Origin: Octopus bimaculoides
Taxonomy: Eukaryota
Direction: 5' to 3'
NCBI RefSeq assembly: GCF_001194135.2
Contig: NC_068999.1
Location: 24,961,803 to 24,995,526, forward strand
Length of the DNA stretch: 33,724 nucleotides
The notes beneath the pieces are model-generated. The model was not told where the DNA came from, did no database searches, and worked only from the letters and a program-made list of their open reading frames with translations. Of this stretch, positions 1-12,284 are shown in pieces (positions within the stretch are counted from its first letter, which is position 1; the number at the start of each line of letters is the position of its first letter). A program made the position numbers and the translations under genes.

Positions 1-273
1 TTTTTTGGCTTTGAATTTCATTCTTGCCCATCCTATTAGTTCATCCAACCGATCTAGCGTTCCCTCTGTTGCTTCTCTACTTTCCGATAGTAGAGTGATG
101 TCGTCCATAAAAGCCCTTAATGGTGTCTTTATAGCAGCTTTCTCACAGTTTGTTGACCTTAGTAACATCTCCATGACTAGCACGAATAAGATGACTGATA
201 TCGTGCATCCAGCTGCAATACCTACTTCTAGGCGTTGCCACTCCGTTGTGAACTCTCCTGCTGTAAATCTCAT
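1..273 (-). mobile_element. Reverse transcriptase fragment of a HERO-like (R2-group, RLE-type) non-LTR retrotransposon, running off the window edge
   Basis: Manual translation of the minus strand gives 91 uninterrupted codons: MRFTAGEFTTEWQRLEVGIAAGCTISVILFVLVMEMLLRSTNCEKAAIKTPLRAFMDDITLLSESREATEGTLDRLDELIGWARMKFKAKK. It contains the G..GCTIS.ILF motif, catalytic FMDD and the W.RMKFK motif typical of HERO RTs. Absent from the ORF track because no stop falls inside the window. Confidence 0.9.
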
Positions 274-345
274 CCACTCACAAGGTCGGTCCGAGGCTAT
301 AGTAGAAGACGCTTGCCCACAAAACTATGTGGTTGGGAAGCATGC
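272..345 (-). mobile_element. Internally deleted head of SINE family D
   Basis: atccactcacaagg...gaggctatagtagaagacgcttgccca...ctatgtggttgggaagca matches the reverse complement of the copy at 30245-30385. Confidence 0.8.
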
Positions 346-1805
346 AGATTCACATGCAGATTGATTTGAAGTGATATTTTTGCCTTTAAAGATTGTGTTG
401 CTATTTAAAGATAAATATCATTACAGATAGTAAATCTACGACATCCCTCTACGAATGTGAACAAAAAGTTAATATTATAGAAAAAGAAAATTTGTTATTA
501 GGGGAAAATCAGAATAATAACACAGTTTCACGTATATCCTTGATCAAACCACAGAAAAATTATCACGCATGCTCGGACGTTTTACGTTCTATTTATAGCA
601 TGCTTCACTTTTGGTTTGTAAATATATTTACAATTTAAGGTAGCACTGTGGCAGTATATCAAACTATGTATCCCAAATCTTTAAAGCATTAATTAAAATG
701 TAGGTTGTAAATAGAAACAGATGGTTTGCAATTGAATTGAATATTTTTCTTGAATTCGATTCTATACATTATCAGTTGCTGATGTTTTGTACAAAGAAAA
801 GGAAATTAAATTAAATTAAAATATGAATGGTTTCATTCTGTGTTAGACTAATACATACTTGTCGAACTTTTGTACTCCGTATATAAGATAAACATGGAAC
901 TAGACATTTCTCTTAAAACCAAGTAAAAAAATAAAGACAAAGCATTTTGAAAATATTCATTCATAAAGATATCGACAATATTTGGTGTTTGTATGTATAG
1001 TAGAGGCGCACGTGTGGGTGTAAAGCGGAGAGCAGTAGAATTGGGAGTGGAGTTTGACAATGGAATTAATCAATATTTGTACATCTTAACTAGAAAATAA
1101 ATGCGAAGGAAATCGGAAAAGAAGAACAATGACTCAAGTGACAGAAAATTTATTTCCCTAGAATGAAATATTGAGCCGTTAAAAACAATCGCAACACAGC
1201 AGTCTTTTGAATGAAAGCTGTTAATCTTACCAAACATCTTACTAAAAATAACGTTCGCTAAAAGAAATCGTGTATTTTCTTTCAAGACGACAAATCGGCA
1301 ATTGAATACTAGAACTGGAACCTGACAATTCCAAGTTCTTATATAATCAGGTATGATTTAGCAATTAATCTTTCAGAAAGTATTTACTTCAATGAAAAAT
1401 AGTAGTAGTACCTAATCTATTCAACTGATCTAGTCTAGGTAATCCACCTCACGTAGCCAACTTCTTATCTAATGAACATCATATGCAACTGAAAGTATAG
1501 AATGAACTCATTACTGTCTCCTCGTCTACAGATTCTCTTACTCACAGATTTGTTTTGTCTGAATGCAATCTATAGACTGGTCTTACTTGTCTTCAGACAA
1601 ACATAAGTTGACATCCAGAGGTTGAGCATAAGTTGATAGTCACAACCTTTAGATGACTATTTTATGATTGCAGTCTGTACTCTTTCTGGTAAACTTTTTC
1701 TGCAAACTCTCCCAGCGTCCAGAATGCAAGCTTAGTTAGCTGGAAAAACTAATTTGTTACCTATTCACATTGTCTCTCTTTTTATGTTATTCATACAGTT
1801 GACAC

Positions 1806-2023
1806 TGCGAGTCTAGCATAATCATTACTATGCCGGATAAAATACTTAGAGGCATTTCTTCTGATTTTAGTTTCTGAGTTTAAATATCACCGGGGTCGAC
1901 TTTGCTTTTCATTTTTTGGGGATCGATAAAATACGTAGCAGTTGAGCTGAAGGGGTTGATGTTATCGACTTGACTCCACCCCACGAAAATACTGGCCTTA
2001 TGCCAAAACTTGAAACCAATATT
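1806..2023 (+). mobile_element. tRNA-derived SINE, family B
   Basis: Colinear with copies at 20351-20550 and 8333-8537. Central ggtcgactttgcttttcat..gggatcgataaaata and 3' ggccttatgccaaaacttgaaacc. Confidence 0.8.
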
Positions 2024-3007
2024 CATACAGTTTATGAGGAAGTTAAATAATATACAGCTCGCCATCAATGTTGCTACAGAAACTGGCAGACTGATAGTGT
2101 ACTACCTTCGACATTCCATCGCCGGATTTGATCTCAGAATTCACCCTTTAAGTCATTTACCTAAATGTTAATGTTGTGCCTTCTCTGTTGGAATCTGTAA
2201 GGTGTTTCTTTTCTAGATTACCATTTCAGAATGTGTGCCACAATGATATGTTATTGTGAGCTAAAATTTTCAGTTAACCCTAATCAAGTCGATATTTTCA
2301 GTTTGTCTCCTGTCTCACTGACATTTTTACGTTGTTAAGTATACTCTATCACAATTTTCTTTTCAGGCTGGAATATTAATCTAGTTGAAAATTTATGAAA
2401 ACGACCATTTTTAGTCGAATTTGTTCTAATAGAGTAAATATAATGCTAAACACCTCCCGATCATGCGCAAGGTCAAGTCGTCGGCGACTAAAGCGGCACC
2501 CCACCTGCCCCAATCTTGTAGTAGTAATAGTGGTGGTGGTAGTCATCCAACTTCAATTGGTAACATTATGAGGTTCTAGAAATCTAGTGTTTTCAGGTAG
2601 CTAAAGTGGGTTGATGAATCGCCAGTTCTATCGATAGACTGTAATCCACTGACTGGATTGGTTGAGGATCTTTCTGATTTGGCAGACAACATTTGTTTTC
2701 TAACGAAACACTTTCAAACTCGGGATACTGGTAGAATGTGTCATATAAAACATCTTTTTCTCTTAGCTTTGTTAAGAAAAGTTTCTATATTTCAAGTTAT
2801 TTCATGTTAAAAGTTGTCGTATTTTGGTGATTTCAACCAATCACTGACGTCTATTGAGGTGAAAGCAATTACTACTGTGGTTTGTCAACAACACGTTCTG
2901 GTGGTGTAATGGGATCTTTTCCCTTGAATAAAATTACTGTCGTTGTTTGTCAACAACAACTATCGGCGGTACTGTTATTTATGACATCGTTCGTGCGTTT
3001 GTACTGG

Positions 3008-3128
3008 TTTTAGCTTTAGGGTTTTAGGGTTAGGGTTCGGGTTTTATAGTTAGGGTTAGAGTTTTAGGGTCAGGGTTAGAGTTTTGGGGTTAGGGATAGG
3101 GTTTTAGAGTTAGAGTTAGGGTTTTAGA
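3008..3128 (+). repeat. Degenerate telomere-like TTAGGG/TTTTAGGG array inside the TIR element
   Basis: Mixed ttaggg, ttttaggg, ttagag and tcaggg units. Confidence 0.85.
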
Positions 3129-3250
3129 TAATCTCGTTTAAAACCACTCACCCAATGAGTATTTTTGCCAAATTTGGTGAAAATCTGTTCAATAATTTTT
3201 CGGTAATTTTCTATGTACTCTGTACTCAGTAGCACATTTTCTAAATGATG

Positions 3251-3291
3251 GTAGAGTTTGATTTGAGGAAGATTTGGCTGCCATTTCTAGG
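3251..3291 (-). repeat. Fragment of interspersed repeat family E
   Basis: Reverse complement (ctagaaatggcagccaaatcttcctcaaatc) matches 16345-16430 and 7215-7290. Confidence 0.6.
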
Positions 3292-3410
3292 AAATGCAGC
3301 AACTGTTTGGAAGCCCTTTCTTTCAACTATTTTGTTGGCTTGATTCCCTTATTAGCTATTATCCAATCAAGTAGAATAGTGTAATTCAAGCATATTGGCA
3401 GTAGCTAATA

Positions 3411-3507
3411 AACCTTTCTATTATAGGCACAAGGCCTGGGTTTTGAAGGTAGGAGTAAGTCAATTATATTAATCCCAGTGCATAACTAGTGCTTAATTCA
3501 AAAGGAT
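3411..3507 (-). mobile_element. 3' fragment of SINE family B
   Basis: cctttctattataggcacaaggcctg... matches the 3' ends of the copies at 8333 and 8604. Confidence 0.7.
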
Positions 3508-5022
3508 TACCAGGGACTAACGATATATACACCACCACAAATTATTCTTGACAAAGAACAGCAGTAACTGTATTCAGCTGAATAGACGTCAGTGATTGGT
3601 TGAAATTATCGAAATACGACAATTTTTAACATGAAATAACTTCGAATATAAAATTTTTCTCTGTTCCATAAGACAAAATATACAAATATACGAAGTTTTA
3701 AAGTGTTTCGGTAGAAAACACACTAAATAAAAACTAAATAAAAAATGGTGTCCACCAAATCAGAAATATCCTTGGTTGATCCTAGACTGACCGTTGGCTG
3801 AAGTGGCTTTTCCATCCAGATTGTGTCTTGTAGTTTCGTTGAATTAAGATCAATACACCCAACTTCACATCCACTATGCTGCTCTCCATGATTTCACCGT
3901 AACCCTGGCTCGGGGATTTTTCATCATTGTATACACTACTGGATGGCCATTGACACATACAAGATCTTCTGCCCTTTGACGGGTCTTTATTTTCTATCTC
4001 ACAGGGTGTTCAAATCACCTTCCTCATCAAGCTTGCTTGGTGAGGTTGCCAGTTTAGTGGCCGACGACCTGAACATGCACATGGTTGGGTATGTTTAGAA
4101 TTATATTTATTCTATTAGAACAAATTCAATTCAAAATTGTCGTTTTCATAAATTTCATAAATTTTAAACAAGATTAATATCCTGGCCTGAAAAGAAAGTT
4201 TGGATAGAATATATTTAACAATGTATAAAAGAATATTATTTGAAAATGTCAAGGAGCAATAATTCTAAACTGAATTTTAAAGATCGTATACTTCTTGTAA
4301 ATATTGAAAGATATATTTGAACACAAAGATATACGGAAAAAAACCGAAAGATTTTATCTGAACTTAACCCCTTCAGACAACCACTAAGTTCCTAGATCTT
4401 GTCTCACTACTAGAAAAAAGGTGGGTAAAAATCTAATATATTTTAAGCAGATATCATTACAACTAACAAATGATTATAAATCGCTGCCTCAAACTGAAGA
4501 CCACGAAATCAAAAATAATAGTTTTTTTATCTTGTCAACAATACCTGTCTCGAAATCAAATGCAAACACTTTTGAACAGCACAGAAACCTCAGAAACATC
4601 ATCCAATGGAGTTGAACTAATTTTGTCTCATCAAGAGGACAACGACACATTCACAAAACAAAGAAAGAAAAACATTATACCTAAACTGCACACGGTTAGA
4701 ATGCTCAAAGTTGGAACAAATGCTAGGGCTCACCATTACTGGTCGTCTTTTTTTGGCAAACGCACATTCTCAGTATAGCACAGAGTTTGGCTTTCTTCTT
4801 CTGGGTCACTGGAATTCTATGTATTGGTGGTAGTGAGTATGACTGTTATCACTAAAGAGATGGAATAGGTCGAAATCATGTGACCTGGCAGTTCTGGCGC
4901 CCATAGCAGATGATTCTCGTCTGCTAATAATGTGTCTGTGTGTGTACGTATGTGCTTTTGCGTTGCCTGAGTCTATATGAAAGGACCTCTCATATAGATG
5001 TAGTATACTATGATCCATCCAT

Positions 5023-5024
5023 CC

Positions 5025-5090
<66 letters not shown>

Positions 5091-5135
5091 ATATCTATCA
5101 ATCTATCAATCTATCTATCTATCTATCTATCTTTC
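5023..5135. repeat. (TATC)n microsatellite
   Basis: Read directly from the sequence. Confidence 0.95.
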
Positions 5136-5163
5136 TATCAAAATATAAACGTGTATTTATAGC

Positions 5164-5292
5164 AGGTTTCTTTCCATTTCTGTCTATCAAATCCACTTAC
5201 AAGGCTTTGGTTGGCCCACAGTGCCACACAATGGGACTGAGCCAGAATTATGTGTTAGGGAAGAAAACTCCCTACCACACTGCCATACCTGC
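5164..5292 (-). mobile_element. Head of SINE family D with internal deletion
   Basis: tttctgtctatcaaatccacttacaaggctttggttggccc...gtgccacacaatgggactgagccagaa matches the other family D copies. Confidence 0.8.
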
Positions 5293-5771
5293 ACCCATGA
5301 ATAACTTAAATTTTTATGAAAGTGTATTGACCTATTGGTTAATGAAGCACCATATTTTTGCTTTTTAAGCAACACCAGTCACTGTCATCCTATGATCTCT
5401 GCAAATGGTTTGGCCTTGAGACCTCAACCAAGAGATTTCCTATGTACAGAACCAAATGCTTGCTCTTTTAGAAATTAAGGTCATTTATCCAGAAAAATAA
5501 GATGTTATTACTTCAATTAATTTCATCAACAGTTGTGAAATTTGATCTTTTGAATATTTTTAGTACTGTTGGTTTTAACTTAAGGCTGGGAAATTCTTTA
5601 TGATTTCATATAGAGATATTATCAAGCTTCAATCAATTTTAATCTAAATACATCATTGCGATGTTTTCTTTTCAAGTTTTACAGATTTCCTTTCCAAGTT
5701 AAACCAAATCCAAAGAATTCAAAGTGACTTTTAACTAAACTGTCTCATTTTTTATTGATAGCTATTCTTGC

Positions 5772-5805
<34 letters not shown>

Positions 5806-7204
5806 CGAATGTCTGTATGTGTATGTTTGTAAAAGGATCACTAAATACCTTGTAACAGTATGAATGAAGCACAAAGAAGTAATTAATTCAATCATTACCT
5901 GACAAAAGAAACTTCAGACATCAGGTTATTGATGCCATCATTCATTTTGGTATCAGACTCTCTATTGAAGAATTACAATGGCTATATTCCACCAATCGTC
6001 TCGAGTAAATTAAATCAATGCTATCCTGCTTGAACCAATTTGATGTAATAACATAATATTTTGTATGATACTGGAATAAAATTTGAACAGTATAAATTCT
6101 AATATCTAATAATAACTGTATCTGATAAACAATGACATCAACAATTTTATCTAAAAATAAACTAGGCACCACTAATTATTTCAAGCATTGTTTTGGTACC
6201 ACATGATGTAACTCAAAGAACACCTCACAAAGATTAAGTCTAAAAGTGGGTTGGAATCTAAGACTCATTAATAAAACTTGCTGTGTTAGAAACGACATTC
6301 CTAGAACTAACCAAAGTATAATCATTGTCTGTGTAACCTAGGAATTGAATGGCATTTAGAACATTCTATATAAAGACAAAACATTATAAGGCAAAATCCA
6401 TCCACTGGGACCATTGTTGTTGTTTTTGTCCTACCAATATTATTACCATTGTTATGGTAGCTATTTCATAAGCACCATCATTACTATTGTATCTGTATGG
6501 ATGGAATCAGTCTCATTACAGTCATTAACCAACTTGACAATATTGAAGCAAGAATTTCTTTTGGTCAGTTCTGACTTTTAGTCAAACTGGTAATTTTGGT
6601 TTTGGGAATGTATTTTGTAATGGAGTTAAAATGTTTTTTTATGCGAGTATCTGATGGCGAGAGATGGCACGAAGAGAGATAAAGGAGAATATTTTAGTGG
6701 TCTTATAGTCAGTGCCAATTTCAAGTTGGCAAAATAACGGTCCCCCCGCTTTCTCTCTTTCTCTTTTTTTTCCCCCCAATTAGAACCACAGTATCTATTT
6801 CCATATCTTAATTTGCAAACCAACAAATCAAAGAAAAAGTCAATGCATACTTTGATTACGTGCAGACATGAATCATTATCTATATTGTAACAGAATATGG
6901 TTGTGTGCTGTTGTGCACATGTAGGTGTGTCTATAATTGTTTAAGTGCATATATAGATCATTATTGTTGTTTCTTTGTTGTCATATATACTAGCTAGAGA
7001 TATTTCTTTATCTTTGTCTTTTTACATAAACATTAGCAATGGTGATGGCATCCTCCTCCTCCTCCTCCTCNNNNNNNNNNTGAAGTGATGCACTTTAAAA
7101 ACTATTATTGAGTGGTTGTTTTTCCAATGTCTTGCAGCAATGACAGAGGAATAATTGTGCTGCAGTTACAACAGCAATATTGATATCAACAACAATTACT
7201 AGTT

Positions 7205-7410
7205 TGGTGATCCAGTGAGATCCTCTATGTGTTTGCTTAACCCAATAGAAATAAAAGCCGACTCTCTCTCAAATAACACCTTACTATCTTACATAATAAT
7301 AGGTCACAGTGAATAATGTAGTCCTATTTAGGTAGAATAGTTAAATGAGTAGAATGTTTGTGAGTGGAATGCATTTGATCCCTGTGCTGATAAATCAGGG
7401 TTGACCTGGG
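7205..7410 (+). repeat. Interspersed repeat family E (class unknown)
   Basis: gagatcctcta...gaaataaaagccgactctctctcaaataacaccttactatctta aligns with 16345-16430. Confidence 0.6.
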
Positions 7411-7620
7411 TTTAAACAATAGCTACAGTCAGAAACTATAGCAATAAGAACAACAGAAAAGTTATCAATAATATCAATAGCAAGTTTTAGCAAAAGCATC
7501 CTATACAAATGACAAGAACTGTAATAACGACAAAGGAGACTGAAACAATGATGAAATAATGCTGAAAGGAGTGATAACAATGACTACAACAACAACAAAA
7601 ACAACCAAAAACTACAACAC

Positions 7621-7651
7621 AATAATAATAATAATAATAATGATAATGATG

Positions 7652-7701
<50 letters not shown>
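7621..7701. repeat. (AAT)n microsatellite
   Basis: Read directly. It explains the poly-I, poly-Y and poly-L ORFs in the track. Confidence 0.95.
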
Positions 7702-7702
<1 letters not shown>

Positions 7703-8332
7703 GCACACATTGTGACAGAATTCCCCAAGTTGGCACAGGAAGAAGACAAGAAATGGAGGCATGACCCAGTTGTAAAAGTTTTACACTGGAAACTGTGCCA
7801 GAAACAGGATTTGAAGTTGGAAACACATGGTATAATCATTGAGTCGAAAGAGTACTGGAGTTGGAGAAATTTTGGAGAAAGTTTTTGTGGGACTTTCCTT
7901 TTCAAACAGACAAGAAATTAGAAGATAATAGACCAGACATCACAATTATAGATAAGGAAAAGTGAAGTTGCTTTCTTATTGACCCATCATGCCATTTGAT
8001 TCCAGGATCATAAAGAAAGAGGAAGAGAAACAAAGAAAATACAATTCCTTAAAATTTGAAATAGGAATAATTTGGAGCATGTGAACCATAAAAGTTGTGC
8101 ATATAATAATTGGTGTGTTGGAAACAGTAAGCAAAGGTATAGACAAATGGCTGAAGCAGAGCTCCTACTGAAAGTTTATCTCTAAGGGACAACAAAGATT
8201 ATCAAGAGAGTCCTAAACACTTGAAAATATTGCTGAAAACTTGCGGATACCTAATGTTATAGGTAGTAACCTGTTATCCACATAAATCCTACCATGAATA
8301 AGACTGAACCTAAGCCAAACCAAAATGATAAT
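7700..8332 (+). mobile_element. 5'-truncated R4/Dong-like non-LTR retrotransposon: zinc-knuckle remnant, RLE endonuclease and 3' UTR (decayed)
   Basis: With two frameshifts it reads AHIVTEFPKLAQEEDKKWRHDPVVKVLHWKLCQK / TWYNH*VERVLE..FLWDFPFQTDKKLEDNRPDITIIDKEK*SCFLIDPSC / FDSRIIKKEEEKQRKYNSLKFEI..IIIGVLETVSK..GTTKIIKRVLNT* (stop 8222-8224). The RPD..ID.SC.FD..K..KY pattern fits the PD-(D/E)xK RLE of the R4 clade. Confidence 0.9.
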
Positions 8333-8535
8333 CCTTTCTATTACAGACACAAGGCCTGAAATTTTGGGTTGGGGAAAGTCACTTACCAGTGCTCAATTGG
8401 TACTTATTTCATCAACCTCAAAAGAATGAAAAGCAAAAGTCGACCTTGGTAGAATTTGAACTCAGAAGATAAGGATGGACAAAATGCTACTAAACATTTT
8501 GCCTGGCATGCGAATGATTCTGCCTGCTCTCAGCC

Positions 8536-8537
<2 letters not shown>
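8333..8537 (-). mobile_element. Full-length SINE family B
   Basis: Reverse complement starts aaggctgagagcaggcagaatcattcgc, has a B-box-like gagttcaaattc and ends gaaagg-attatcatt. Confidence 0.85.

Positions 8538-8603
<66 letters not shown>
8538..8603. repeat. (AAT)22 microsatellite between two SINEs
   Basis: Read directly. It is also the (ATT)n tail of the SINE at 8604-8781. Confidence 0.95.
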
Positions 8604-8781
8604 CTTTCCTATTAAAGGCACAAGGCCTGAAATTTTGGAGGAGGGGACTAGTCAATTACATCGACCCCAGTGTTTCACTGGTACTCAATTTTATCAGCCC
8701 CAAAAAGATGAATGGCAAAGTCGACTTCAGCAGAATTTGAACTCAGATTGTACAGACGGACAAAATGCCACTAAACATTTG
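8604..8781 (-). mobile_element. SINE family B, 5'-truncated
   Basis: Colinear with 8333-8505; retains the gtcga-N5-tcgac-type hairpin region. Confidence 0.85.
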
Positions 8782-10573
8782 TCAACAATAATAATAATAG
8801 GAATAATAATAAAGATAACATGATTATGCTGCTGTTTCTGGTGGTTTATGTTACTGTAGTAGTGACAAAAAGAAAGCACCAATGATTGTAGTTACATTAG
8901 TATTGTAAAACCTTAACAGCATTGACAAAGTATAGGAGTTGGTTTCACCTGAGTCGTCATTGGTAGTCATACAGAATATAACTTAAGACTGATGCCCCTT
9001 CCCCCGCAAAAAAGGAGAATTAGGTTTTCTTATTGTAAATGGTCTTTGAGAAGGTGAAATAATAATTAAAAAAAAGCATTGGAATTATTTTGTTCCATTT
9101 ATGCCACAAGTACTGTTTGTTAAAGACATTTTCAATGCAGCTAACATTTACACTCAGCTGAAATCAATGGAACTAATAATCATCCTTCATCAATACTGAT
9201 AACAATATAAAGTTGAGTAGAGAAGGCTGACATTTGATATTTACCTCTGTTTATCTTGCATGATATAAATATTTTATATTAATGCAGTTAGAGGCTCATT
9301 ATTAAATGACCTTGCTGATTTCCAATACCCTTTACTGTAGCCAGAAAAGGCCAGATAAGTTACAAACTACCACATAACTCACTTCTCCCTTTATATCAGT
9401 ATCCTGCCAGCTTTAAACTTTTCTCAGATCCTGTTCAAGTCTGGTAAAGAAACCAATCTGCGTTTTACATTGTTGTTACATTTCATAGTAATTATTTTAA
9501 ATGAGGGTAGGCACGAGTGGACAGTTAAGAAGTTTGCTTTGCAACCATATGTTTCACATATTGATTCTACTGCATGGCACTTTGGACCAATGTTGTCTTG
9601 CAAATCCTTTGACTTCACCAGTACCTTATGGGAGGAATTTAGTTGTTGGAAGCTTTGCAAAAGCTCATGTACAGTGATGATGATGATGCTGATGCTGATA
9701 ATGATATATATATTTTACTGTTTCTTTTAGTCCCCCTCAAACTTTCTTCTTTCTTTCTTCTTTTCTTTCTCTCACTCCCCTCTCTCACATTTCTTGGCCT
9801 TCTCTTTCTTTAGTTCCTACCTTTCCTCCTCATTTACCTCCCTTGTACCATTCTCTATGTCCCTTTGATTTCCTCTTTTTCTTGTTCTTTCCCTAATCAT
9901 TCAATCCCTCTGCCCCCTACCTCTCTCTTTTCCTTCCATATGACTGGTGTTCGGCCAGGCATGATCTTTCTTTCTTGGCTTGACTGTCAGCCGTGAAGCA
10001 TCTCTGATACTCCTGTCCCTTGACTTTCATCTCTAATGTTCCTACCTCAAGTCTTTCCCTCTCTACACACCAGCTCAACTTCGTTTGTCTTTATTAGTCG
10101 AAAGACACCTGTTGTTATTTTCTTGCTGTTTGAAATTGTAATTGCGTAACATATTCTCCATTTCTTGTCTTTGTTGTCATACACATTTGCTTGCTTTCTC
10201 TCCAAAAATTTAATGCTCTCAGCTTAGATGCTTTGGGGCTGCCAGATTTGAATAAGAGATGCTTCATAGCTGGCAGTCAAGCCAAGTGTAACTGCCTGAA
10301 ACTGTAAGGATAATTTGGTAACTTGACTGATGAGAGGGACTTGCAAATGACTCATCCTTGTTTTTTCCTGTCTGTCTTCACATCGTTTATCTGCCTGGAT
10401 GTTTTATTGTCATCTGTTGTGTTCTTGTTCCATTTTTTAAAATTTATATATATATATATATATATATANNNNNNNNNNNNNNNNNNNNNNNNNNNNNNNN
10501 NNNNNNNNNNNNNNNNNNNNNNNNNNNNNNNNNNNNNNNNATATATGTATGTATGTATGTATCTATGTATGTA

Positions 10574-10738
10574 TCTTTTATCTTGTACTTGTTTGAATTG
10601 ACCCCAGTACTTGTTTTTTTGTCTTTTTGTTAAGCCTGATACTTATTCTATTGATCTCTATTGTCAAAGTACTAAGTTACTGGGGTGTAAACACATCAAG
10701 TGGTATCAAGTAGTAGGGGGAGATAAACATAGACACAA

Positions 10739-10782
<44 letters not shown>

Positions 10783-10940
10783 GATGGGCTTCTTTCAGTT
10801 TCAATCTGCCAGATCCACTCATAAGGTTTTCATCAAGCTGTGGCTATTGTAGAAGCCACTTATCCGAGATGCCACTCAGTGGTACTGAACCCAGAACTAT
10901 GTGGTTGGAAAGTAAGTTTCTTACCACACAGCCACACCTG
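10574..10940 (-). mobile_element. Full-length bipartite SINE family D with internal (CA)n linker
   Basis: Both the head and the 3' half match the reverse complement of 30245-30625. Confidence 0.85.
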
Positions 10941-11109
10941 ATAAATTTCTTAATATGGCAACAATGCACTAGTAGCTGGTGCATTATCTTTCAAGTCTTA
11001 CTAACTTCCCACCATCACTTCAAAGATGGATATTGTCTGCGTTCAGTCAACACAAGACGTTTCTTGCTTAATTTATGACTAGGTGTGTAGGTCTTATTCT
11101 CAAAAGTTA

Positions 11110-11529
11110 GGTATTTATCAGAAGACACATAGTGTCTTTCAATTCCTCTAGTCTGATCCTCCCACCCCCATGTCCATTCCTCACTAATGTCACTTCCATC
11201 ACAGGACCCAACCATCACTCAATGCACACTTTCAACTCTTTCTTTGTACCTCCACTAATGTCATCAACTGTGTTAAGTGCTCTCTTTGCGGGGCCTTAAA
11301 CATTGGCCAAAAGGATCACCATTTAGTGGACTGATTCACATAGCACTTATGAGACATTCGTCTCCGGAAACAGACTCTCATTTCCCATCATTTTTGCTCT
11401 TTGAACAACTCCACACACCTTGGAGTGCTTGTCTTGGTCTTGCATAATGGACCTACAAACTCCAGACTTCACCGAGAATAGCATTATAAATTTTCACTTC
11501 AAACTGATACACCGCCCACCTTCCTGTAA
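11110..11529 (+). mobile_element. GIY-YIG endonuclease remnant of a Penelope-like retroelement
   Basis: Reads CPFLTNVTSITGPN / CTSTNVINCVKCSLCGALNIGQKDHHLVD*FT*HL*DIRLRKQTLISHHF...SRLHRE*HYKFSLQT. This matches the PLE pattern C.S.NVIY.I.C..C...YIG.T...L..RF.EH.R, with both Tyr changed to Asn and several in-frame stops. Confidence 0.85.
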
Positions 11530-11589
11530 CTGTTTCCTAGCCCTACACACCTACCTTCCCACATAGGCACAACTCCTACATACAATACA

Positions 11590-12246
11590 TATCCAATATA
11601 CACCACGCACTTATTCATGCATACACATATTCACATACAGAAATACACTTACATACACACTCAGATCACCAATCTCAATCCAACAAACACCATCATACAT
11701 ATACACGTGCACACACACACACACGTACACAAACTGCTCGTGCCTTCCACACACATACACACACACACACACATGTACGCACAAAATGCATTCACATGCA
11801 TACTATTATATGTCCACACTTGCACACATATGTAACCAACTGTCTAGTTCTTGCATAACTCTCTCACTCTCTCACCCTCTCTCCCTTTCCCTATTCATCT
11901 CTCTCACACACTCTTTCTTCCTCTCTCAATTTCTCCTCTGTAAACAGTGGTACATAACATGCATACGTATATATGTGTGTATGTACACACAATATATATG
12001 TTTACATGCACACACACACACACACACGCACGTACACACACACACACATGCATGCACAGGCATATATCCTTCCATATGCACAAACACACACATACAGACA
12101 CACACGTTTATATAAACACCTATATGCACTTTTAAACATATTTTCACGAGTGCATTCTTATGTATATGTATGTATCTATTTATATGCGTCTATGTGTGCA
12201 GGTGTTCGTACACATATACACAAGCATGCAAACACAGACACATTCA

Positions 12247-12284
<38 letters not shown>

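Larger units (their letters stand above)
2665..3772. mobile_element. Inner non-autonomous TIR element with ~210-bp TIRs and an apparent 6-bp TSD (TGGTTG)
   Basis: TIRs 2665-2874 and 3573-3772 begin AGGAT(C/A)TTTCTGATTTGG. TGGTTG lies directly outside both ends (2659-2664, 3773-3778). No coding capacity. The right arm has a short ctaaataaaaa duplication. Confidence 0.75.
2297..4274. mobile_element. Outer foldback/long-TIR element (arms ~2297-2505 and ~4039-4274)
   Basis: Arms are reverse complements over ~200 bp, e.g. gaatttgttctaatagagtaaatataatgctaaaca versus rc of tgtttagaattatatttattctattagaacaaattc, and ttttcttttcaggctggaatattaatct versus rc of agattaatatcctggcctgaaaagaaag. Confidence 0.75.

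Noticed and set aside
5-364. 119-aa plus-strand ORF
   Set aside because: It is the antisense shadow of the HERO RT frame plus SINE sequence.
1310-1730. Possible decayed coding remnant on the minus strand (PV..IAF..NKS resembling a PIF1/Helitron helicase motif, or YTFSC resembling a PLE nuclease), next to a CTAG plus hairpin at ~1308-1340
   Set aside because: It needs several assumed frameshifts and fits two incompatible families equally weakly. A translated HMM search would be required.
7487-7905. ORFs with poly-Y, poly-I and poly-L tracts; likewise HT/CV-repeat ORFs at 11617-12775 and X-filled ORFs over gaps
   Set aside because: These are translations of microsatellites or N runs.
9383-9445. 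Splice-like signals on both strands (minus GTGAGT donor; plus 16-nt exon)
   Set aside because: The minus candidate has stops in all frames, and conflicting strands suggest chance motifs.
10326-10360. CTGATGAG motif as a second hammerhead core
   Set aside because: No GAAA at the right spacing and no stem II. Similar partial hits at 4494 and 26722 also lack pairing.
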